A stretch of 64,000 bases of DNA from Camelus ferus (GCF_009834535.1 NC_045696.1:122266001-122330000); one strand, 5' to 3'; shown: positions 1 through 13,415, counted from the stretch's first letter. Numbers and translations: made by a program. Notes: generated from the letters alone by a model not told the origin.

Positions 1-3000
1 GCTAGGTGAAGGACGGCATTCACACACACTTATCTCTGAGAACTGAGCAGGTGGGGAGACGTTCGTTCATTTAACACAAAGGGAACCGGTTGCAGGAGAA
101 ACTTTTACTCTGGGTTCTCATTCTGTTTCCTAGTGCCGGTTTGACGTTCCTGCAGTTTTCACTGTAAAATCGAGTTGGAGCTCGTACCTCCCCATTTATG
201 TAAGGAGTGGATTTTCCAAGTTAAAAGAAACTTTGGGTTCCCAACAAGCAAGGTAAAGGAAGGCTTTCACACACAATTTCTCTCAGAACTGACCATGTGG
301 AAAGACGTTCGTTCATCTTGCAAAAAGGGAACGGGTTGCAGGAGAAACTTTTCATCTGGAATCTCAGTCTGTTTCCTAGTGCCCGTTTGAAGTTCCTGCA
401 GTTTTCACTGTAAAACAGATTTGGAGCTAGTACCTCCCCATATATATTTATGGAGTGGAAATTGCAAGTGAAAAGAAACTTTGTGTTCCCAACAAGATAG
501 ATCAAGGACGGCTTTCACACATCTTATCTCTCAGAACTGAGCATGTGTAGAGATGTTCGTTCATCTAGAACAAATGGATCGGGTTGCAGGAAAAACTTTT
601 ACTCTGGTTTCTCAGTCTTTTTCATAGTGCCGGTTAGAAGTTCCGGCAGTTTTCACTGTAATACCGTGTTGGAGATCTTACCTCCCCATATATATGTATG
701 GAGTGGAGTTTGCAACTGAAAAGAAACTTTGTGTTCCCAACAAACTACGTGAAGGACGGCTTCACACACACTTATCTCTCAGAACTGAGCATGTGGAGAG
801 ACGTTCGTTCATCTAGCACAAAGGGAACGGGTTGCAGGATAAACTTTTACTCTGGTATCTCAGTTTTTTTCTTAGTGCCTTTTTGAAGTTCCTTCAGTTT
901 TCACTGTAAAACCGAATTGGAGCTCGTGCCTCCCTTTCTATATGTATGGAGTGGAGTTTGCGACTGAAAAGAAACTTTGTGTTCCCCACAAGCTAGATCA
1001 AGGACGGCTTTCACACACACTTATCTCTCAGAACTGAGCATGTGGAGAGACGTACGTTCATCTAGCACAAAGGGAACGGGATGCAGGAGAAACATTTACT
1101 CTGGTATCTAAGTCTGTTTCCTAGTGCCTGTTTGAAGTTCCTGCAGTTTTCACTGTAAAACCGAGTTTGAGCTAGTACAACCCCATATATATGTATGTAG
1201 TGGAGTTTGCAAGTGAAAAGAAACTTTGCTTTCCCAAAAAGCTTGGTGAAGGACGGCTTTCACACACACCTTTCTCTCAGATCTGAGCATGTGGAGAGAC
1301 GATGGTTCATGTAGCACAAAGGGAACGGGTTGCAGGAGAAACTTTTACTCAGTTTTCTCTGTCTTTCTCCTAGTGCCGGTATGAAGTTACTGCAGTTTTC
1401 ACTGTAAAACCGAGTTGGAGCTCGTACCTCCCCAAATATATGTATGGAGTGGAATATGCAAGTGAAAAGAAACTTTGTGTTCCCAACAAGCTAGGTGAAG
1501 GACGGCTTTCACACACACATTTCTCTCAGAAATGACCATGTGGAGAGACGTTCGTTCATCTTGCAAAAAGGGAACGGTTTGCAGGAGAAACTTTTTCTCT
1601 GGTTTCTCAGTCTGTTTCCTAGAGTCGGTTTGAAGTTCCTGCAGTTTTCACTGTAAAACCGAGTTGGTGCTCGTACCTCCCCATAAATATGTATGGCTTG
1701 GAGTTTGCAACTGAATAGAAACTTTGGGTTCCCAACATTCAAGGTGAAGGACGGCTTTCACACACACTTTTCTCTCAGAAATGACCATGTGGAGAGACGT
1801 TCGTTCATCTTGCAAAAAGGGAACGGGTTGCAGGAGAATCTTTTACTCTGGTTTCTCAGTCAGTTTCCTAGTGCCGGTTGAAGTTCCTGCAGTTTTCAAT
1901 GTAAAACCAAGTTGGAGCTCGAACCTCCCCATATATATGTATGGAGTGGAATTTGCAACTGAAAAGAAACTTTGTGTTCCCAACAAGCTAGGTGAAGGAC
2001 GGCTTTCACACACACTTATCTCTCAGAACTGAGCATGTGGAGAGACGTTCGTTCATCTAGCACAAAGGGAATGTGTTGCAAGAGAAACTTTTACTCTGGT
2101 TTCTCAGTCTGTTTCCTAGTGCCGGTTTGAAGTTCCTGCAGTTTTCACTGTAAAACTGAGTTGGAGCTCGTACCTCCCCATATATATGTATGGAGTGGAG
2201 TTTGCAACTGAAAAGAAACTTTGTGTTCCCAACAAGCTAGGTGAAGGACGGCTTTCACACACAATTATCTCTCAGAACTGAGCTTCTGGGGAGACGTTCG
2301 TTCATTTAAAACATAGGGAACGGGTTTCTGGAGAAACTTTAACTCTGGTTTCTCAGTCTGTTTCCTAGTGCCGGTTTGAAGTTCCTGCAGTTTTCACTGT
2401 AAAATCGAATTGAAGCTCATACCTCCCCATATATATGTATGGACTGGAGTTTGCAAGTGAAAAGAAACTTTGTGTTCCCAACAAGCTAAATTAAGGAAGG
2501 CTTTCACACATACATAACTCACAGAACTGAGCATGTGGAGAGACTTTCGTTCATCTAGCACAAAGGGAACGGGTTGCAGAAGAAATTATACTCTAGATTC
2601 TCAGTCTGTTTCCTAGTGCCTGTTTGAAGTTCCTGCAATTTTCACTGTAAAACTGAGTTGGAGCTCGTACCTCCCCATATATATGTATGGAGTGGAGTTT
2701 GTAAGTGAAAAGAAACTTTGTGTTCCCAACAAGCTAAGTGAAGACGGCATTCACACACATTTATCTCTGAGAACTGAGCAGGTGGGGAGACGTTCGTTCA
2801 TTTAACACAAGTGGAACCGGTTGCAGGAGAAACTTTTACTCTGGTTTCTCAGTCTGTTTCCTAGTGCCGGTTTGAAGTTCCTGCAGTTTTCACTGTAAAA
2901 GCGAGTTGGAGCTCGTACCTCCCCATTTATGTAAGGAGTGGATTTTCCAAGTTAAAGAAACTTTGTGTTCCCAACAAGCTAGGGGAAGGACGGGTTTCAC

Positions 3001-5950
3001 ACACAATTTTCTCTCAGAAGTGAGCATGTGGAGAGACGTTCGTTTATCTAGCACAGAGGGAACGGGTTGCCGGAGAAACTTTTACTCTGGTTTCTCAGTC
3101 TGTTTCCTAGTGCCGGTTTGAAATTCCTGCAGTATTCACTGTAAAACCGATTTGGAGATCATACCTCCCCATATATATGTATGGAGTGGAGTTTGCAAGT
3201 GAAAAGAAACTTTGATTTCCCCACAAGCTAGGTGAAGGACGGCTTTCACACTCACATTCTTCTCAGAACTGAGCATGTGGAAAGACGTTCGTTCATCTAG
3301 CACAATGGTAACGGGTTGCAGGAGAAACGTTTACTCTGGTTTCTCAATCTGTTTCCTAGAGTCGGTTTGAAGTTCCTGCAGTTTTCACTGTAAAACCGAG
3401 TTGGAGCTCGTACCTCCCCATATATATGTATGGAGTAGAATTTGCCACTGAAAAGAAACTTTGTGTTCCCAACAAGCTAGTTGAAGGACGGCTTTCACAC
3501 ACACTTATCTCTCAGACCTGAGCATGTGGAGAGAAGTTCGTTCATCTAGCACAAAGGGAATGTGTTGCAAGAGAAACTTTTACTCTGGTTTCTCAGTCTG
3601 TTTCCTAGTTCCGGTTTGAAGTTCCTGCAGTTTTCACTGTAAAACGTTGTTGGAGCTCGTACCTCCCCATATATATGTATGGAGTGGAGTTTGCAACTGA
3701 AAAGAAACTTTGTGTTCCCAAGAAGCTATGTGAAGGACGGCTTTCACAAACACTTATCTCTCAGAACTGAGCTTGTGGGGAGACGTTCGTTCATTTAAAA
3801 CATAGGGAACGGGTTTCTGGAGAAACTTTAACTCTGGTTCCTCAGTCTGTTTCCTAGTGCCGGTTTGAAGTTCCTGCAGTTTTCACTGTAAAATCGAATT
3901 GAAGCTCATACCTCCCCATATATATGTATGGACTGTAGTTTGCAAGTGAAAAGAAACTTTGTGTTCCCAACAAGCTAGGTGAAGGACGCCTTTCACACAT
4001 ACATATCCCACAGAACTGAGCATGTGGAGAGACGTTCGTTCATCTAGCACAAAGGGAACGGTTTGCAGAAGAAATTATACTCTAGATTCTCAGTCTGTTT
4101 CCTAGTGCCTGTTTGAAGTTCCTGCAGTTTTCACTGTAAAACTGAGTTGGAGCTCGTACCTCCCCATATATATGTATGGAGTGGAGTTTGTAAGTGAGAA
4201 GAAACTTTGTGTTCCCAACAAGCTAGGTGAAGGACGGCATTCACACACACTTATCTCTGAGAACTGAGCAGGTGGGGAGACGTTCGTTCATTTAACACAA
4301 AGGGAACCGGTTGCAGGAGAAACTTTTACTCTGGTTTCTCAGTCTGTTTCCTAGTGCCGGTTTGACGTTCCTGCAGTTTTCACTGTAAAAGCGAGTTGGA
4401 GCTCGTACCTCCCCATTTATGTAAGGAGTGGATTTTCCAAGTTAAAAGAAACTTTGGGTTCCCAACAAGCAAGGTAAAGGAAGGCTTTCACACACACTTT
4501 CTCTCAGAACTGACCATGTGGAAAGACGTTCGTTCATCTTGCAAAAAGGGAACGGGTTGCAGGAGAAACTTTTCATCTGGAATCTCAGTCTGTTTCCTAG
4601 TGCCGGTTTGAAGTTCCTGCAGTTTTCACTGTAAAACAGATTTGGAGCTAGTACCTCCCCATATATATTTATGGAGTGGAAATTGCAAGTGAAAAGAAAC
4701 TTTGTGTTCCCAACAAGATAGATCAAGGACGGCTTTCACACATCTTATCTCTCAGAACTGAGCATGTGTAGAGATGTTCGTTCATCTAGAACAAATGGAT
4801 CGGGTTGCAGGAAAAACTTTTACTCTGGTTTCTCAGTCTTTTTCCTAGTGCCGGTTAGAAGTTCCGGCAGTTTTCACTGTAATACCGTGTTGGAGATCTT
4901 ACCTCCCCATATATATGTATGGAGTGGAGTTTGCAACTGAAAAGAAACTTTGTGTTCCCAACAAACTACGTGAAGGACGGCTTCACACACACTTATCTCT
5001 CAGAACTGAGCATGTGGAGAGACGTTCGTTCATCTAGCACAAAGGGAACGGGTTGCAGGAGAAACTTTTACTCTGGTATCTCAGTTTTTTTCTTAGTGCC
5101 TTTTTGAAGTTCCTTCAGTTTTCACTGTAAAACCGAATTGGAGCTCGTGCCTCCCTTTCTATATGTATGGAGTGGAGTTTGCAACTGAAAAGAAACTTTG
5201 CTTTCCCAAAAAGCTTGGTGAAGGACGGCTTTCACACACACCTTTCTCTCAGATCTGAGCATGTGGAGAGACGATGGTTCATGTAGCACAAAGGGAACGG
5301 GTTGCAGGAGAAACTTTTACTCAGTTTTCTCAGTCTTTTTCCTAGTGCCGGTATGAAGTTACTGCAGTTTTCACTGTAAAACCGAGTTGGAGCTCGTACC
5401 TCCCCAAATATATGTATGGAGTGGAATATGCAAGTGAAAAGAAACTTTGTGTTCCCAACAAGCTAGGTGAAGGACGGCTTTCACACACACATTTCTCTCA
5501 GAAATGACCATGTGGAGAGACGTTCGTTCATCTTGCAAAAAGGGAACGGTTTGCAGGAGAAACTTTTTCTCTGGTTTCTCAGTCTGTTTCCTAGAGTCGG
5601 TTTGAAGTTCCTGCAGTTTTCACTGTAAAACCGAGTTGGTGCTCGTACCTCCCCATAAATATGTATGGATTGGAGTTTGCAACTGAATAGAAACTTTGGG
5701 TTCCCAACATTCAAGGTGAAGGACGGCTTTCACACACACTTTTCTCTCAGAAATGACCATGTGGAGAGACGTTCGTTCATCTTGCAAAAAGGGAACGGGT
5801 TGCAGGAGAATCTTTTACTCTGGTTTCTCAGTCAGTTTCCTAGTGCCGGTTGAAGTTCCTGCAGTTTTCACTGTAAAACCAAGTTGGAGCTCGAACCTCC
5901 CCATATATATGTATGGAGTGGAATTTGCAACTGAAAAGAAACTTTGTGTT
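1..5950 (+). repeat. 17-monomer (4221-bp) higher-order period: 1-~1980 recurs at 4222-~5950 with one monomer deleted
   Basis: ORF pairs 175/4396, 221/4442 and 698/4919 are offset by 4221, whereas 1509/5481, 1693/5665 and 1781/5753 are offset by 3972 (=4221-249). Confidence 0.9.
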
Positions 5951-8900
5951 CCCAACAATCTAGGTGAAGGACTGTTCTCACACACACTTATCTCTCAGAA
6001 CTGAGCATGTGGAGAGACGTTCGTTTATCTAGCACAAAGGGAACTTTTTGCAGAAGAATTTATACTGTAGATTCTCACTCTGTTTCCTAGTGCCGGTTTG
6101 AAGTTCCTCCAATTTTCACTGTAAAACCGAGTTGGAGCTGGTACTTCTCCATATATATGTATGGAGTGGAGTTTTCAAATGAAAAGCAACTTTTTGTTCA
6201 AACAAGCTAGGTGAAGGAAGGCTTTCACACACACCTATTTCTCAGAACTGAGCATGTGGAGAGACGTTCGTTCATCTAGCACAAAGGGAACGGGTTGCAG
6301 GAGAATCTTTTACTCTGGTATCTCAGTCTGTCTCCTAGTGCCGCTTTGAAGTTACTGCAGTTTTCACTGTAAAACCGAGTTGGAGCTCGTACCTACCCAT
6401 ATATATGTATGGAGTGGTGTTTGCAAGTGAAAAGAAACTTTGTGTTCCCAACAAGTTAGGTGAAGGGCGGCTTTCACACACAATTATATCTCAGAACTGA
6501 GCATGTGGAGAGACGTTCGTTCATCTAGCACAAAGAGAACGTGTAGCAGAAGAAATTATACTCTAGATTCTCAGTCTGTTTCCTACTGCCGGTTTGAAGT
6601 TCCTGCAGTTTTCACTGTAAAACCGAGTTGGAGCTCGTACCTCCCCATATATATGTATGGAGTGGAGTTTGCAAATTAAATGCAACTTTTTGTTCAAACA
6701 AGCTAGGTGAAGGATGGCTTTCACACACACATATCTCTCAGAACTGAGCATATGGAGAGACGTTCGTTCATCTAGCACAATGGGAACGGGTTGCAGGAGA
6801 ATCTATTTCTCTGTTTTCTCAGTCTGTTTCCTAGTGCCGGGTTGAAGTTCCTGCAGTTTCCACTGTAATACCGAGTTGGTGCTCGTACCTCCCCAAAAAT
6901 ATGTATGGAGTGGAGTTTGCAAATGAATAGATACTTTGGGTTCCCAACAAGCAACGTGAAGGAAGGCTTTCACACACACTTTCTCTCAGAATTGACCATG
7001 TGGAAATACGTTCGTTCATCTTGCATAAAGGGAAAGGGTTGCAGGAGAAATTTTTACTCTGGAATCTCAGTCTTTTTCCTAGTGCCGGTGTGAAGTTCCT
7101 GCAGTTTTCACTGTAAAACAGAGTTGGTGCTCGTACCTCCCCATATATATTTATGGAGTGGAGATTGCAAGTGAAAAGAATCTTTGTGTTCCCAACAAGT
7201 TAAATCAAGGACGGCTTTCACACAAACTTATCTCTCAGAACTGAGCATGTGGAGAGACGTTCATTCATCTAGTACAAAGGGAACGGGTTGCAGGAGAAAC
7301 TTTTACTCTGGTATCTCAATCTGTTTCCTACTGCCGGTTTGAAGTTACAGCAGTTTTCACTGTAAAACCGAGTTGGAGCTCGTACCTCCCCATATATATG
7401 TATGGAGTGGAATTTGCCACTGGAAAGAAACTTTGTGTTCCCAACAAGCTAGGTGAATGGCGGCTTTCACACACACTTGTCTCTCAGAACTGAGCATGTG
7501 GAGAGACGTTCTTTCATCTAGCACAAAGGGAATGTGTTGCAAGAGAAACTTTTACTCTGGTTTCTCAGTCTGTTTCCTAGTGCCGGTTTGAAGTTCCTGC
7601 AGTTTTCACTGTAAAATCGAATTGAAGCTCATACCTCCCCATATATATGTATGGACTGGAGTTTGCAAGTGAAAAGAAACTTTGTGTTCCCAACAAGCTA
7701 GGTGAAGGACGGCTTTCACACATATATATCTCACAGAACTGACCATGTGGAGAGACTTTCGTTCATCTAGCACAAAGGGAACGGGTTGCAGAAAAAATTA
7801 TACTCTAGATTCTCAGTCTGTTTCCTAGTGCCTGTTTGAAGTTCCTGCAGTTTTCACTGTAAAACTGAGTTGTAGCTCGTACCTCCCCATATATATGTAT
7901 GGAGTGGAGTTTGCAAGTGAAAAGAAACTTTGTGTTCTCAACAAGCTAGTTGAAGGCGGCTTTCACACACACTTATATCTCAGAACTGAGCATGTGGAGA
8001 GACGTTCGTTCATCTAGCACAAAGAGAACGTGTTGCAGAAGAAATTATACTCTAGATTCTCAGTCTTTTTCCTAGTGCCGGTTTGAAGTTCCTGCAGTTT
8101 TCACTGTAAAACACAGTTGGAGCTCGTACCACCCCATATATATATATGGAGTGGAGTTTGCAAGTGAAAAGAAACTTTGTGTTCCCAAAAAGCTAGGTGA
8201 AGGACGGCTTTCACACACACCTATCTCTCTGAACAGAGCATGTGGAGAGACGTTCGTTCATCTAGCACAAAGGGAACGGGTTGCAGGTGAAACTTTTACT
8301 CTGGTTTCTCAGTCTGTTTCCAAGTGCCTGTTTGAAGTTCCTGCAGTTTTTACTGTAAAACCGAGTTGGAGCTCGTACCTCTCCATATATACGTATGGAG
8401 TGGAATTTGACACTGAAAAGAAACTTTGCGTTCCCAACAAGCTAGGTGAAGGACGGCTTTCACACACACTTATCTCTGAGAACTGAGCATGTGGAGAGAA
8501 TTTCGTTCATCTAGCACAAAGGGAACGGGTTGCAAGAGAAACATTTACTCTGGTTTCTCAGTCTGTTTCCAAGTGCCTGTTTGATGTTCCTGCAGTTTTC
8601 ACTGTAAAACCGAGTTGGAGCTAGTACCAACGAATATATTTGTATGTAGTGGAATTTGCAAGTTAAAAGAATCTTTGCTTTCCCAAATAACTAGGTGAAG
8701 GACGGCTTTCACACAAACCTATATCTCAGAACTGAGCATGTGTAGAGACGTTGGTTCATCTAGCACAAAGGGAACGGGTTGCAGGAGAAACTTTTACTCT
8801 GGTTTCACAGTCTGTTTCCTAGTGCCGGTTTGAAGTTCCTGCAGTTTTCACTGTTAAACAGAGTTGGAGCTCGTACCTCCCCAAATATATGTATGGATTG

Positions 8901-9893
8901 AAGTTTGCAAGTGAAAAGAAACTTCTTGTTCCCAACAAGCTTGGTGAAGGACGGCTTTCACACACACTTATCTCTCAGAACTGAGCATGTGGAGAGACGT
9001 TCGTTCATCTAGCACATAAGGAACGGGTGGCAGGAGAAATTATTACTCTGGTTTCTCAGTCTGTTTCCTAGTGCAGGTTTGAAGTTCCTGCAGTTTTCAC
9101 TGTAAAACTGAGTTGGAGCTCGTAACTCCACATATATATGTATGGAGTGGAGTTTGCAAGTGAAAAGAAACTTTGATTTCCCAACAAGCTAGGTGAAGGA
9201 CGGCTTTCACACACACGTTCTTCTCAGAACTGAGCATGTGGAAAGACGTTCGTTCATCTAGCACAAAGGGAACGGGTTGCCGGGGAAACGTTTACTCTGG
9301 TTTCTCAATCTGTTTCCTAGAGTCGGTTTGAAGTTCCTGCAGTTTTCTCTGTAAAACCGAGTTGGTGCTCGTACCTCCCCATAAATATGTATGGAGTGGA
9401 GTTTGGAACTGAAAAGAAACTTTGGGTTCCCAACAATCAAGGTGAAGGACGGCTTTCACACACATTTTTCTCTCAGAAATGACCATGTGGAGAGACGTTC
9501 GTTCATCTTGCAAAAAGGGAACGGTTTGCAGGAGAAACTTTTCTCTGGTTTCTCAGTCTTTTTCCTAGTGCCGTTTGAAGTTCCTGCAGTTTTCACTGTA
9601 AAACCGAGTTGGAGCTCGTGCCTCCCCATATATATGTATGGAGTGGAATTTGCAACTGAAAAGAAACTTTGTGTTCCCAACAATCTAGGTGAAGGACGGT
9701 TCTCACACACACTTATCTCTCAGAACTGAGCAATTGGAGAGACGTTCGTTCATCTAGCACAAAGGGAAAGGGTTGCATGAGAAACTTTTACTCTGGTTTC
9801 TCATTCTGTTTTCTAGTGCCGGTTTGAAATTCCTGCAGTTTTCACTGTAAAACCGAGTTGGATCTCGTAACTACCCATAATTATGTATGGAGG

Positions 9894-12800
9894 AGAATTT
9901 GCCACTGAAAAGAAACTTTGTGTTCCCAACAAGCTAGTTGAAGGACGGCTGTCACACACACTTATCTCTCAGAACTGAGCATGTGGAGAGACGTTCGTTC
10001 ATCTAGCACAAAGGGAATGTGTTGCAAGAGAAACTTTTACTCTGGTTTCTCAGTCTGTTTCCTAGTGCCGGTTTGAAGTTCCTACAGTTTTCACTGTAAA
10101 ACTGATTTGGAGCTCGTTCCTCTCCATATATATGTATGGAGTGTAGTTTGCAACTGAAAAGAAACTTTGTGTTCCCAACAAGCTAGGTGAAGGACGGCTT
10201 TCACACACACTTATCTCTCAGTACTTAGATTGTGGGGAGACGTTCGTTCATTTAAAACATATGGAATGGGTTTCTGGAGAAACTTTAACTCTGGTTTCTC
10301 AGTCTGTTTCCTAGTGCCGGTTTGAAGTTCCTGCAGTTTTCACTGTAAAATCGAATTGAAGCTCATACCTCCCTATATATATGTATGGACTGGAGTTTGC
10401 AAGTGAAAAGGAACTTTGTGTTCCCAACAAGATAGGTGAAGGACGGCTTTCACACATACATATCTCACAGAAAAGAGCATGTGGAGAGACGTTCGTTCAT
10501 CTAGCACAGAGGGAACGGTTTGCAGAAGAAATTATACTCTAGATTCTCAGTCTGTTTCCTAGTGCCTGTTTGAAGTTCCTGCAGTTTTCACTGTAAAACT
10601 GAGTTGGAGCTCGTACCTCCCCATATTTATGTATGGAGTGGCGTTTGTAAGTGAAAAGAAACTTTGTGTTCCCAACAAGCTAGGTTAAGGACGGGTTTCA
10701 CACACAATTTTCTCTCAGAAGTGAGCATGTGGAGAGACGTTCGTTTATCTAGCACAGAGGGAACGGGTTGCCGGGGAAACTTTTACTCTGGTTTCTCAGT
10801 CTGTTTCCTAGTGCCGGTTTGAAATTCCTGCAGTTTTCACTGTAAAACCTATTTGGAGATCATACCTCCCCATATATATGTATGGAGTGGAGTTTGCAAG
10901 TGAAAAGAAACTTTGATTTCCCCACAAGCTAGGTGAAGGACGGCTTTCACACTCACATTCTTCTGAGAACTGAGCATGTGGAAAGACTTTCGTTCATCTA
11001 GCACAATGGGAACGGGTTGCAGGAGAAACGTTTACTCTGGTTTCTCAATCTGTTTCCTAGAGTCGGTTTGATGTTCCTGCAGTTTTCACTGTAAAACCGA
11101 GTTGGTGCTCGTACCTCCCCATAAATATGTATGGAGTGGAGTTTTCAACTGAATAGAAACTTTGGGTTCCCAACAATCTAGGTGAAGGACGGTTCTCACA
11201 CACACTTATCTCTCAGAACTGAGCATGTGGAGAGACGTTCGTTTATCTAGCAGAAAGGGAACGTGTTGCAGAAAAAATTATACTGTAGATTCTCACTCAG
11301 TATCCTAGTGCCGGTTTGAAGTTCCTGAAGTTTTCACTGTAAAACCGAGTTGGAGCTCGTACCTCCCCATATATATGTATAGAGTGGAGTTTGCAAATGA
11401 AAAGCAACATTTTGTTCAAACAAGCTAGTTGAAGGAAGGCTTTCACACACAACTATCTCTCAGAACTGAGCATATGGAGAGACGTTCGTTCATCTAGCAC
11501 AATGGGAACGGGTTGCAGGAGAATCTTTTACTCTGGTATCTCAGTCTGTTTCCTACTGCCGGTTTGAAGTTCCTGCAGTTTTCACTGTAAAACCGAGCTG
11601 GAGCTTGTACCTCCCCATATATATGTATGGAGTAGAATTTGCCACTGAAAAGAAACTTTGTGTTCCCAACAAGCTAGTTGAAGGACGGCTGTCACACACA
11701 CTTATCTCTCAGAACTGAGCATGTGGAGAGACGTTCGTTCATCTAGCACAAAGGGAATGTGTTGCAAGAGAAACTTTTACTCTGGTTTCTCAGTCTGTTT
11801 CCTAGTGCCGGTTTGAAGTTCCTACAGTTTTCACTGTAAAACTGATTTGAAGCTCGTTCCTCTCCATATATATGTATGGAGTGTAGTTTGCAACTGAAAA
11901 GAAACTTTGTGTTCCCAACAAGCTAGGTGAAGGACGGCTTTCACACACACTTATCTCTCAGTACTTAGATTGTGGGGAGACGTTCGTTCATTTAAAACAT
12001 ATGGAATGGGTTTCTGGAGAAACTTTAACTCTGGTTTCTCAGTCTGTTTCCTAGTGCCGGTTTGAAGTTCCTGCAGTTTTCACTGTAAAATCGAATTGAA
12101 GCTCATACCTCCCTATATATATGTATGGACTGGAGTTTGCAAGTGAAAAGGAACTTTGTGTTCCCAACAAGATAGGTGAAGGACGGCTTTCACACATACA
12201 TATCTCACAGAAAAGAGCATGTGGAGAGACGTTCGTTAATCTAGCACAGAGGGAACGGTTTGCAGAAGAAATTATACTCTAGATTCTCAGTCTGTTTCCT
12301 AGTGCCTGTTTGAAGTTCCTGCAGTTTTCACTGTAAAACTGAGTTGGAGCTCGTACCTCCCCATATTTATGTATGGAGTGGCGTTTGTAAGTGAAAAGAA
12401 ACTTTGTGTTCCCAACAAGCTAGGTTAAGGACGGGTTTCACACACAATTTTCTCTCAGAAGTGAGCATGTGGAGAGACGTTCGTTTATCTAGCACAGAGG
12501 GAACGGGTTGCCGGGGAAACTTTTACTCTGGTTTCTCAGTCTGTTTCCTAGTGCCGGTTTGAAATTCCTGCAGTTTTCACTGTAAAACCTATTTGGAGAT
12601 CATACCTCCCCATATATATGTATGGAGTGGAGTTTGCAAGTGAAAAGAAACTTTGATTTCCCCACAAGCTAGGTGAAGGACGGCTTTCACACTCACATTC
12701 TTCTGAGAACTGAGCATGTGGAAAGACTTTCGTTCATCTAGCACAATGGGAACGGGTTGCAGGAGAAACATTTACTCTGGTTTCTCAATCTGTTTCCTAG

Positions 12801-13415
12801 AGTCGGTTTGATGTTCCTGCAGTTTTCACTGTAAAACCGAGTTGGTGCTCGTACCTCCCCATAAATATGTATGGAGTGGAGTTTTCAACTGAATAGAAAC
12901 TTTGGGTTCCCAACAATCTAGGTGAAGGACGGTTCTCACACACACTTATCTCTCAGAACTGAGCATGTGGAGAGACGTTCGTTTATCTAGCAGAAAGGGA
13001 ACGTGTTGCAGAAAAAATTATACTGTAGATTCTCACTCAGTATCCTAGTGCCGGTTTGAAGTTCCTGAAGTTTTCACTGTAAAACCGAGTTGGAGCTCGT
13101 ACCTCCCCATATATATGTATAGAGTGGAGTTTGCAAATGAAAAGCAACATTTTGTTCAAACAAGCTAGTTGAAGGAAGGCTTTCACACACAACTATCTCT
13201 CAGAACTGAGCATATGGAGAGACGTTCGTTCATCTAGCACAATGGGAACGGGTTGCAGGAGAATCTTTTACTCTGGTATCTCAGTCTGTTTCCTACTGCC
13301 GGTTTGAAGTTCCTGCAGTTTTCACTGTAAAACCGAGCTGGAGCTTGTACCTCCCCATATATATGTATGGAGTAGAATTTGCCACTGAAAAGAAACTTTG
13401 TGTTCCCAACAAGCT
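9894..13415 (+). repeat. Near-perfect tandem duplication of a 7-monomer (1740-bp) unit
   Basis: Lines starting 9901 and 11641, and subsequent lines, match at offset 1740, including private variants GTACTTAGATTGTGGGG, CACAGAAAAGAGC and CTCACTCAGTATCC. I noticed only three substitutions. Confidence 0.95.

Noticed and set aside
790..840. CENP-B box (TTCG...CGGG in GTTCGTTCATCTAGCACAAAGGGAACGGG)
   Set aside because: The canonical box needs TTCG-N4-A-N2-CGGG (7 nt between TTCG and CGGG); here the spacing is 20 nt, and I saw no match on the reverse strand of the consensus.
2005..2195. (CA)n and (TA)n microsatellites, TATA-like promoter
   Set aside because: CACACACAC and ATATATATG are fixed short parts of each monomer, not expanded tracts, and there is no downstream gene.
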